Of a stretch of 64,000 nucleotides of DNA, positions 53,863-64,000 are shown piece after piece. The position numbers and the translations under genes were made by a program. The stretch is taken from positions 7,936,001 to 8,000,000 of the forward strand of contig OZ024762.1 in NCBI GenBank assembly GCA_964016885.1, in the 5' to 3' direction. The stretch is from Eledone cirrhosa (taxonomy: Eukaryota). Within the stretch, counting starts at the first letter, position 1; every line of letters begins with the position of its first letter. Below the pieces are notes generated by a model that was not told the origin of the DNA, did not search any database, and was given only the letters and a program-made list of their open reading frames with translations.

Positions 53863-55079
53863 CTGAAAAATGATAACAAAAAAAAAAGGGGGGGGGTTTA
53901 AATCAACAACATTAACAAAGAAAAAGAAAAAGGCTATAAAAAAACAGTTATTTTAACATTTACCTTTCTGATATCAAACCAGCTCAAACAACCCCAGATT
54001 CTACAATATAATTCTGGTTGTTTCAAAGAGTTTATATTTACTTAAAAACCTCTATTCCAATTAATTACTTAGTAATTTTGAGGGCCAAGGTCAGCTTCAG
54101 GTGGGTTGGTATCAAAAGGGTTAAACTGAGGTGTTGGGTGTTACTCATGGGACAACCAATGCATTATCGGTGAATTTGGTAAGCAGTAACTGTAGAAAGC
54201 CTGTTGTGTGTGTATATACACACACGCACACAAACACAACCTATTGAGTTTATGTTGCATGTGACATTTTAGACCTGCCAAGGATTTGCAAGCAAGTCCA
54301 CATATCGTGCAAGGGTGAGGTCTACTGGATAATGTTGCTGGTATAGTTGAAATTATGTGTATATATATATATATCAAGATGGATTCAGTAAGAAATTGGT
54401 TAGACCATTACTAGGGGTAGTAGAGTATGGTTATAAGAATGAGTCAGGACCCCTACAGCTGAGCTCTTGCTGTTTCAACAAGGATTTTGAAACTAACTGT
54501 TGAAACGACAAGAGCACAGCCCTTCCAATGGGTCCTGTCAGAAGCAACCATCTCCAACTGAATGCCTAAGCGTGACCAACCAAGCTCATGGATGTTATCC
54601 AACCACCTTGCTTGGGATCTACCCCTGGGTCTCCTGCCAGTTGGTTTCACCCGTAAAATCTGTCTAGCAATTCTTTCCTGAGACATTCTAACCACATGCC
54701 CATATATAAGCGACTGAAATGGGGTTCCTCCGAAGGATCTTTGGAGTAACGTTACTCAAAGTGCGTAGCTCGGAGATCAGAGAGTCACTCCAGGTAGAGC
54801 CGCTACTACTCTGAATTGAGAGATGATGATGATGATGATATATATAATGAATGTGTAGGGTGTACATAAGTGTCTGCAGTTAAATAAGAAAGTACTAAAT
54901 ATAATGAATTAGAGTGGAATAAGAGAAATTCAAAGGTTAGCACGAATGAGTCATTCTGCAAATCTCCTGTTTCTGCTTCATCAGGCTGGGTAACAACAGA
55001 GCTACACCCACATTTATAGGAGAGTATATATAAATGTAAATACATATAAATAAAATGCATGCATAGGTAATATATACAC

Positions 55080-55131
<52 letters not shown>

Positions 55132-55244
55132 CAAAAGGCAAACAGAAATAACAAAGCAAATGACACAGTACAATGAAGAAATATATTATTAGTTTTACGC
55201 TTGATATAGTAGGAAAAGAGTCTTAACATTTCAGACACAAGTTC

Positions 55245-55310
<66 letters not shown>

Positions 55311-55399
55311 TATGTTTAACCCATTTGTTACCATATTTCTAATGAAAGACACTGGTTATGTTTAACCCTTCTGTTAACCCATATTTCTAAAAAATGACA

Positions 55400-56200
55400 T
55401 CAAGGGTGCTTGTCACAATCTCCTCCACATCCTTAAAGCAGATACCTCTGAGCTTCTCCTTCAGTTTCAGGAACATCCAGAAGTCGCATGTCGCTAAGTC
55501 TGAACTATAGGGAGGATGAGGGACAGTTTGATCCACATATCAGCCAAGTAGTTGGTCACCAGGATGAATTTGTGGCAGGGGGGGCATTGTGCTGATGCAA
55601 GTGCCACTGACCAGACTTGAAGAGTTCTGGTCTCTTGCAACGAAATCTCTTTCTGAACTTTCTCTAAACAACTACATAGTACTCTTTGTTGACAGTCTGG
55701 CTGTGTGTGTGGGGGGGGGGGGGGCAGTAGATGTAGATGATACCTTTGCTGTTGAAGAATGAGATCGATCATGATGAGCTTCCCAGTGAACCTGCTTTGC
55801 TTGGCCTTCTTGGGTCTTGGAGAGTCAGAATGTTTCCACTCGGTACTCTGGATCATAACAGTAGACTCAGCTTTCGTCACAGTTTACCAGAGACTCATGG
55901 CCACCTGGATTCAAAGTGATCCACTCAACCACCTCCCTGCTGTCATCAACATACCTCTGCCTTTGATCTTCATTGAGTACCCTGGGAACAAACTTTGTGC
56001 ATGTTCAGATTATCATGAATGAATGTGCACAGTGCCCTCAACCAAGTTGTTTAGCAATCATTAGAAGAGATGCACGATGCTCCTCGTCTAGAAATTTGCA
56101 AATTTTGTTGACCAACTTTGGCGTCCTGATGTCCCTCTCGCTGCTGCACCTCTTGTCGTCCCTCACTCCCTCCCTGCCCTCTTGTGCCAGCAGAAAACAG
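55400..56200 (-). mobile_element. Mariner (DD34D-like) transposase remnant
   Basis: Fragments TK...QSTEWKHSDSPRPKKAKQSRFTGKLIM and CDFWMFLKLKEKLRG match mariner 'WKHPGSPRPKK' and 'PCDFWLFPKLK'. Confidence 0.75.
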
Positions 56201-56207
56201 TTACCAG

Positions 56208-57276
56208 CTCATTGTGTCGTTCTGGCCTTATGAGAAGGCACGGAGTCTTGTTGGAAGATGAACAGTCTTCCATTGCTTACTTTGTCTATCCAGGGTTTCA
56301 CAACTATCTCCAGCATCTCTTTGTAAACAGCAGAGTTGACTCTTAAGCCCTGGAAAAAAAAATGAGGAGGCATGATATCTCCCTCATTGCTGACAACACC
56401 CAGAATTATCAGAGTCACTGGAAATTTAATATACATGACCGTTGGAACCTCATTTGGGTCTCTGCATAACCATCTATCATTCCCTCGGTTTACTTTTTGG
56501 TCCAGATCAAAGTTTTTCTCATCAGAAAAGAACCAAAGCCTTCCAGCTTCTCGATGTTTTATCTTATTCAGTAAGCGCTTTGCATGGACCAAACCATTTT
56601 GTGTCTCATCCGACATAAACTGGCCTTTTCACATCACATACGACTTGCATCGGATGTCTTCATGGACAACTCTTCTGATGATGCCTTCTGAAACCTTAAA
56701 ATCCTTTATGATGGCTTTGATGGACTTTCCTGGGGTTTTATTAAATAATTTTTTAATGTTTTTTTTACAAACTTAAATATTCTGATTGTACATGTGCATG
56801 TGTTTTGTGCTTGGCTGCTAATGTTGTACCCCCATCAGAAGCTTCCAGATCCTTTCTAACGATGATGGATCAAGCAACTTTCAAGAAGGAAGCTATCGCT
56901 GTATCACTATGCTGTGCTTTTAAACTCTTTAGCATTTACATTACTCTCTATATATACTATTGTACTTTTGAGGTAAAGGCTTTATCTTACATAATATCAA
57001 ATCTGTGAGGTTTTAATGTTATTCATTTTGAGAACAACACCTTAACATCAGTACGAATAGCTGGTTATGGCCAGTTTGAACAGTAAGAGGTGAGAGAATT
57101 CTAACCGGATACGGCCGGTTTAACTGCAACAGGTTTAAGGCAACAATTACAGCGTGCCTTTTCATTTGCTGAGTAAATTTAATATCTGGTATTATCTATG
57201 TGAAAAATAAAGAATAAAAAAAATTTGTAAGAAAGAGCTCAAGAAAGCAGTGTTCTGAAAAAATTGACACACCCTG
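56208..57276 (-). mobile_element. Tc1/mariner transposon remnant (DD37D/maT-like), interrupted by a MITE at ~56920-57138
   Basis: ORF 56209-56616 has WFFSDEKNF...GVVSNEGDIMPPHFF...VVKPWI...FQQDSVPSH. Terminus TA|CAGGGTGTGTCAA at 57276. Confidence 0.85.
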
Positions 57277-57367
57277 TATAAAATATGGCTTTTCTAATAT
57301 AATGTAGTGAATAGATTATAATGCAATAGGTGAGAGGTTAATGTCAAAGAGATAAAAGTTGACTTAC

Positions 57368-57468
57368 TTCCAGTATTAATGGTCCTATTCTCTCAGTGGT
57401 AATAGGGACAATTGATGGCTTACTTGACGATACTTGGCTTTGTTGAACAGCGTCGCTTGTTTCACTCT
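57368..57468 (-). CDS. NCOA: p160 nuclear receptor coactivator (NCOA/SRC/taiman) exon: linker between bHLH and PAS-A
   Basis: Acceptor ttccatgaaaag, donor GAA|gtaagt. Encodes (E)SETSDAVQQSQVSSSKPSIVPITTERIGPLILE, resembling vertebrate NCOA '[25 protein letters not shown]'. Phase 0 join to the next exon. The acceptor could be shifted because of the AGAG run. Confidence 0.9.
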
Positions 57469-59000
57469 CTTTTCATGGAAAAGGAAAGAAAAAAAACATA
57501 CATTAATTTCAAAGAAACATGCCCTGTCTGTGAGAAAAAGAGAGATGTAGAAATATAGAGGAGAGAGGGGGGGGGGGGTATGCTACAATTTTCAAATTTT
57601 GAATATATTCAAGAATTTGGAAGGATTTAGTAAAATAAGTAACTTTCTCGTTATTTAGCTCGTCTTTGGAATATATTTTAACAAGACTTCTAGCATAAAA
57701 TTATGACAATATTTTTTAGATAAATATAATGCTTTAAATCAAACAGTCTTGTATCAGAAAACCAGGGTCGTTTCAGGTTGTTTATTAAACAAATATTAAA
57801 GATATAAGTGACTATCGAGGGAATACTCATCCATTTAACTATTAACATCTTGTACCACATGAAATTGCATTAGCAAGACATTCTTGAAAAGTACAAAACA
57901 ACACTATGACTACATATTCTTCTTCTTCACTCATGCATTCCTGAGAGGGTCATGGCAGCAGAGTCCTCATCCTCAAACACTCCTTCCAGCGGGTCTTGTC
58001 AGAAGCAACCGTTTCCAAATGATCCAGCTGGATCCCCAAGCAAGACCAGCTGAGTTCATGGATGTTATCCTACCATTTTGCTTGGGGACTACCCTTGGGG
58101 TCACCTGACAGTTGGTTTTGCCTGTAAAATCTGTCAAGTGATTCTTTCCTGAGATATTCTAACGACATGCCCGTAATATTAGAGCTGAGATCTCTCAGTT
58201 TAGAGAAGTAGTGACTGCATCACATTCAAGAATAATGTTTTTTGGTTTCCTGCAAATTTTCACAATGATTTGCACACTAGTAAAGATGCATGTATGATCC
58301 CGTAACTCCTGAAGAAGTCGTTAGAGCAGCGTATTGACATATAGCATTTCTTGGGCATTTTAAAGCCTGGTGGAGCCCAATCGCCTCCAAGCCCGAGTAC
58401 AACAGATTTCTTCCAAAAAAGGATAGAAAGAGTGAGAGAATGGAAGTGAGAAAGAGATATAGAGGAAAAATTGACCCCAGTACGAGACTGGTACATTTTT
58501 TTTATCGACCTTGAATGGATGAAAGGCAAAGTTGGCCTCAGCGACATTTGAACTCAGAGAGCAGAGAGTCATAAAGAATACAGGAAAGCATTTTATCAGA
58601 CGTTCCAGCGACTCTGCCAATTCGCTGCCTTAGTAAAGATACTATAGACTCTTAAATCAACAAACCCATTTTAACACATTTTCTACGAAATCATTACAGG
58701 ATTTTCAGAGTTGTACTTGTATGGCAAGTGACTTGATTTGAGTGAAACGAATACTTATCATGTGGAAGAGTCATTTAAGCCATTTAAAACACACACACAC
58801 ACATGCAAAATGTTAACTTTACTCTATATTTATCATTTATATTTTGGTGTCAAAATTTGTCACACTGCCTGTTAACTAGACACTGACACAGTTCCACTGC
58901 AGAAAGTTCAAAGTATTATAACAAGCTGGACTGTACCAGTAAGTCAAAGAACCAGTCTTGTCACACACTGTGCAATGATGATTCTTCTTCGAGACTATGT

Positions 59001-59230
59001 TTAACTCTTTAGCATTTACATTACTCTCTATATACTATTATATTTTCTTGGTAAAGGCTTTACTTCACATAATTATCTCACATAATAATTGAATCTGTGA
59101 GATTTTGATATTATCTATTTTCAGAACAATACCTTAACATCAGTATGAGTGGCCAGTTACAGCTGGTTTGAACAGAAAAAGGTGAGAGAATTCTGGTCGG
59201 ATACAGCCGGTTTAAATGCTAAAGGGTTAA
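59001..59230. mobile_element. piggyBac-type MITE. Same-orientation copies at 36872-37096, 37464-37656, 39029-39242, 41141-41358, 56920-57138, 61729-61954
   Basis: TTAA-flanked ~190-230 bp element with the same TIRs and internal gagaacaataccttaacatc...gaacagaaagaggtgagagaattc. Confidence 0.85.
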
Positions 59231-59899
59231 GGAGTTTATCTAAATACCTTTCATTATTACGCCTTTCATCCTTACGGGGTCAATAAAATAAAGTACCAGT
59301 AATATACTGGGTAATTGCTGGCCTTGTGCCAAAAGTAGAAACAATTATTACTTTATGAAAGAGCCTTTGTTAAGTTATGTTCCAAACACCAGCTTAAGAT
59401 AATGATAAAGTTATTTTACAAAATCCCTACAGATTCCTGTATTTATTCCTGACAGTTAAAGGTAGTGTCTTACATTTGAAATAAGGTAATGAAGGGACAA
59501 ACAAGTAAAACTGAAGACTTAAATGAGAAATAAAATGTGGAAGCGTATGTATATGTGTGGGAGTGTGAGTGAGTGGTGGTGGTGGGGGAGTCTATTTTCT
59601 GTTAACTAAATAAATAGATAAAGGTTTGAAATAAAACACCATCCATAGATCCATAGATTTTTTATTCTATTTCCAACAACGTTTCACCTATATTTGACAC
59701 ATTAGATTCATATTTATAATATATATTTATTTTTGTGTACATATATATATATATACACACATTTATTTATTTTATATATATTTTTATATACATATATATA
59801 TATATATATACACACACACACGTGTTTATTTTTTACTTGTTTCTCAATCTTTCTATATATAAATATCACACACGCCGTGGTGGTGGTTGTAACGATAGT

Positions 59900-60300
59900 G
59901 TTGGTGGGGAGAATAGTGGAGGTAGTGGTGGTAGTAGTAAGAATAGTGGAGGTGGTGGTAGTAGTAGTAAGAATAGTGGAGGTGGTGGTAGTAGTAGTGG
60001 TAAGAATAGTGGAGGTGGTGGTAGTAGTAGTGGTAAGAATAGTGGAGGTGGTGGTAGTAGTAGTAGTAAGAATAGTGGAGGTGGTGGTAGTAGTAGTGGT
60101 AAGAATAGTGGAGGTGGTGGTAGTAGTAGTGGTAAGAATAGTGGGGGTAGTGGTGGTAATAGAAGTGATGTTCGTGGGGTGAATAGTGGAGGAGGTGGTG
60201 GTGGTAATAGAGGTGATGTTGGTGGGGTGAATAGTGGAGGTGGTGGTGGTGGTGTTAGTAATAGAGGTGATGATAATAGTGGAGGTGGCAGAGTGGTAAT
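59900..60300. repeat. 30-33-bp repeat built on trinucleotides
   Basis: aagaatagtggaggtggtggtagtagtagtggt. Confidence 0.9.
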
Positions 60301-60344
60301 ATAAAGATACAGTGGAAGACTGATCAAACTCCAGAGAGGATATA

Positions 60345-60795
60345 TCACAGAATGTCACAGGAAAGTCCCTTTCTCTACAGAACGTCATAGAAATGTCCCC
60401 TTCTCTACAAAATGTCATAGAAAAGTCCCTTTCTCTACAGAACGTCATAGAAATGTCCCCTTCTCTACAGAATGTCATAAAAAAGTTCGCTTCTCTACTG
60501 AATGTCATAGAAAAGTACCCTTCTCTACTGAATGTCACAGGAAAGTCCCCTTCTCTAGTGAATGTCATAGAAATGTCCCCCTTCTCTACAGAATGTCATA
60601 GAAAAGTCCCCTTCTCTAATGAATGTCAGAAAAGTCCCCTTCTTTACTGAATGTCGCAGGAAAGTCCCCTTCTCTACAGAATGTCATAGAAATGTCCTCG
60701 TCTCTACTGAATGTCATAGAAAGTCCCCTTCTCTACTGAATGTCACAGGAAAGTCCCCCTTCTCTACTGAATGTCATAGAAAGATCTCTCTACTG
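60345..60795. repeat. ~30-bp minisatellite x ~15
   Basis: gaatgtcatagaaaagtccccttctctact/a. Confidence 0.93.
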
Positions 60796-63700
60796 TCTGT
60801 CCCTCTGATAAACTTTTTAAACTGAGTGCTTTCTTAGCAGACTATTAACAGACATACAGTGGAGTATTGCTGGGAGTGTGTGGGGGTGCAGCTGAACCCC
60901 TTAAAATTATTGTCAAAAAATTTGGTTCATAGAATATAGTCAAGTCTTTAAAGTGGTTGTGCTGGCGTCACAAAAAATGCACCCAGTATACTTAGTCATG
61001 TTTGTCGGAAAATTGCGAACATCTGCACCCCACAAAATGATAGGAGCAATATGCTTATGCATACAAATTATATATCTTAACCTTCTGGCGCATTAAGTTA
61101 CCAATGGAGTAATCTCCCCTTAATATATAATACAGTGTCAAGGGAAGTAATTCATAAAAATTTCGAGCATGCTAAAGATTAACATCAACACAAACACTAA
61201 TTATATGTAAATTAGTATGTCCATTTCAGAATGCTACTAAGAGCTAATGGGTATATAAGCCCATCAAATAAATGTTTCTTTTTGGTTGTTTAGATCAGAG
61301 GCCCCCAACCACCAGGTGTGGATCATTTGCTACCCACCCTGTAGATATACAGATATAACTTTATTGTACACTTTGGCTAGCACTCTTCTTAATATATATG
61401 TACACACACCCCCGAAAATTGACCACTCCTTGGAAAAATGAGATACTTTCTTAAAGATGTTTATGTATAAAGTGTATACCCGTATTTGGACACCATTACA
61501 CCCCTGATGACGTCAGATATGTTTGCCACCAAAACACTGGCGATTCAGTTCGGGACTCTGGTGAGTAATGGTCTAACAAGTTTTTACTGCATTCATTCCA
61601 ATTTTTATATGTATATATATTGTAAAAGTGGATTCAAATAAAATTTATTTCAATGATATTATACCATAAATCAGCTCAAATATGCTTTATGCAGACTAAA
61701 ATCTGCATTTTGCAAGCACAAAACATATTTAACCCTTTACCATTTACATTACTCTATATCTACTATTGTATTTTTGTGGAAAAGACATTATCTTAAATAA
61801 TTATCTTGCATAATATCGAATCTGAGATTTTGATGTTATTTATTTTGAGAACAATACCTTAACATTTGTATGAGGGACTGGTTACAGCTTGCTTGCATAG
61901 AAAAGGTGAGAGAATTCTGGCCAAATATGGTCAGTTTAAATGTTAAAGGGTTAAAGAAAAATATAATTTTGCCTGCATAATTGTCCATACTGCGGTTTCA
62001 CCACAATTACTAATACTAGCTAATTAGCATAATCAATTAACCAGTCAAGACTCACATGGATTGTCAGAGGACATGTCTTAAGATATACTAATTAATAGAC
62101 ACTTCAAGAAAACCTCTAATGAATTTTCCTGTGTTAGAAATAACATCTAGACTGGACAGCTAATACAACTAAAAGGAAAACGTAATGTAATGAACTCTAC
62201 GTAGTTTAGCTATAGTTATTTAATATAAAGTTAAATAACTATTAATGAGAAGACATTTGAAACTATAAACAACTTACAATATCCTCAAAATATTTAACTC
62301 AACCTGAAATTAATTTAATTAATTAATTAAAAGGGAGTCCCATTTTCCCATCAGTGAGTCACTCCAAGTAGAGCCGCTACTTCTCCAAATTGAAAGATTA
62401 CAGCTCAGATACTATGGGCATGTGGTTAGAATGTCTTAGAAAAGAATTGCTGGACAGATTTTATGGGGCAAAACCAACCAGCAGGAGACCCAGGGGTAGA
62501 CACTGAGCAGGATGGTTAGATAACATCCATGAACTTGGCTGGTCATGCTTGGGGATCCAGCCGGATCAGTTGGAGACGGTTGCTTCTGACAGGGCCAGCT
62601 GGAAGGAGTGTTTGAGGACTCTGCCCCCACAATGCTCTCTGGAATAAGTGGGCGATTTATAACTATAGGTAAGAGTTACCACAAATACTGAAATAAAGAT
62701 AGTGAGTTTGGCTTTTATACTTATCTCCCTTCTTCGGATTACTGAATGCTGAAGCTGGTGCGTTACTGCACCATCTCTTGCAATTTTTGCAATTAATTTG
62801 GCCTCCTGCCTTCCATCACTTGTGAAGACAGCCCCCGAAATACATGAACTTCTCCACCTGTTTCGGTGGATCTCCATTCACATGTAGGGTGCACTGTGCA
62901 GGTTTCCAACAACCACTTTACAGAGTGGGCTGGGTGTACTATATTGTGACACCAACACTATTGTGTTACAGCACTAGGGAGCTCTTGTCTTCAGCCAGGA
63001 TAGGGAAAGCAGTTGCAGGAATTAGTGAGAGGGTGAGGCAACACAAGATTTATGAAAATTATTAAGATGGCAATTATAACACAAGAATTTGGGAGATTTT
63101 AATCTAAATAAGAACTTTTTTAAATGGATGGTGTTCTGTAGAATGATCAGTGGTTTGGGGGACTGGTTTCTATGGTATCTAAACTGGTTTTAACCCTTTC
63201 ATGACCTTTTTCTAATGAAATGCACACTATTTCAATTAATTAATGATGAATTTTGAGGGATTTACTTAACCTTTAAGACACTGGAATTTTTTTATGAATT
63301 GTTTCCCTTGTTGATACTGTATTATATATCTAGGGGAGATTACTCTATCAGCGAATTATGCCGCCAACAGCGTCAAGAGGGTTAAACTGTTAGTTTATTA
63401 CTAAGATAGTAACTTAATGTAAGGTTCTTATATAAAATCATGTTGGAAGATTTGAATTTAAATTGGAAACCTTTAAAAGGATGGTTTTATTTCATAGAAC
63501 CAGAGCCAGTTTTGACCAGGTTGGTAACTAAAGGGTTAAAAGTAAAGGTGACTTAGTCAACAATTGGAACACAGACGCGACAAAGCAACCCTTCTGGCAC
63601 CTTAATCTCTCAGCCGATTTAATCTAAAACCTAGCCTAGTGATAGGACAAAGGGCAACAATGTTATCTTAAGAAACAGCACAGTACATATAGTGTGTGTG

Positions 63701-64000
63701 AGAAAGAGACTGTGTGTATATGTATGTGAATGTGTGTACATGTGTGAGTGTGAGGGTAACTGTGTGTGCATGTGTGAGGGTGACTGTTTGTGACTGACTG
63801 CGTGTGAGTGTGTGACTATGTATACATGTGTATAAGTGACTGTGTGTGGCTCTGTGTGTGTGTGTGTGTAATTATATACATGTATGTATGTGAATGTGTG
63901 TAACTATATATATATGTGCATGACTGTATGCTTGTGTATGTGTGTGACTATGTACGTGTATGTGTGTTGGTATGCATGTATGTATATGTGCGACTGTGTG

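Noticed and set aside
822-55352. Numerous 'YIYIYI/HTHT/CVCV' ORFs in the track
   Set aside because: Translations of (TA)n/(CA)n microsatellites, with no coding signal.
59714-60568. Mucin-like Thr-rich or Gly/Ser-rich ORFs (also 22751-23380, 33882-34413)
   Set aside because: Trinucleotide and minisatellite translations open in several frames at once.
57470-64000. NCOA bHLH exon (expected 'KPDKCAIL' motif)
   Set aside because: No matching exon found by eye; it probably lies beyond the window end.

Overview
AT-rich eukaryotic genomic DNA, dense in (TA)n/(CA)n/(TGA)n/(TAG)n microsatellites, tRNA-derived SINEs, RTE-type LINE remnants and TTAA MITEs. This repeat landscape is typical of an octopod cephalopod (inference). 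The whole window lies inside one minus-strand gene. Nine GT-AG exons (57368-57468, 53773-53862, 47782-47872, 43147-43224, 42412-42513, 38875-38998, 35229-35335, 8670-8817, 1974-2659; 1527 nt) splice in frame to give the PAS-A/PAS-B region and following S/Q-rich region of a p160 nuclear receptor coactivator (NCOA/SRC/taiman). The bHLH exon(s) and the C-terminus were not found and presumably lie outside the window. Almost all ORFs in the supplied track are microsatellite, tandem-repeat or transposon artefacts. The least obvious signal is a set of about 10 type I hammerhead-ribozyme motifs from several families scattered through the introns. They are Penelope/retrozyme-like, several have intact stems, and two sit head-to-head at the centre of a ~320-bp palindrome. 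A decayed Penelope-like RT/GIY-YIG element is also present. Other points: a CpG-rich, promoter-like island inside the 26-kb intron, inverted MITE pairs near exons, and repeated independent birth of minisatellites from the same SINE/LINE modules. Repeat coordinates are read by eye and approximate; exon coordinates are base-resolved.
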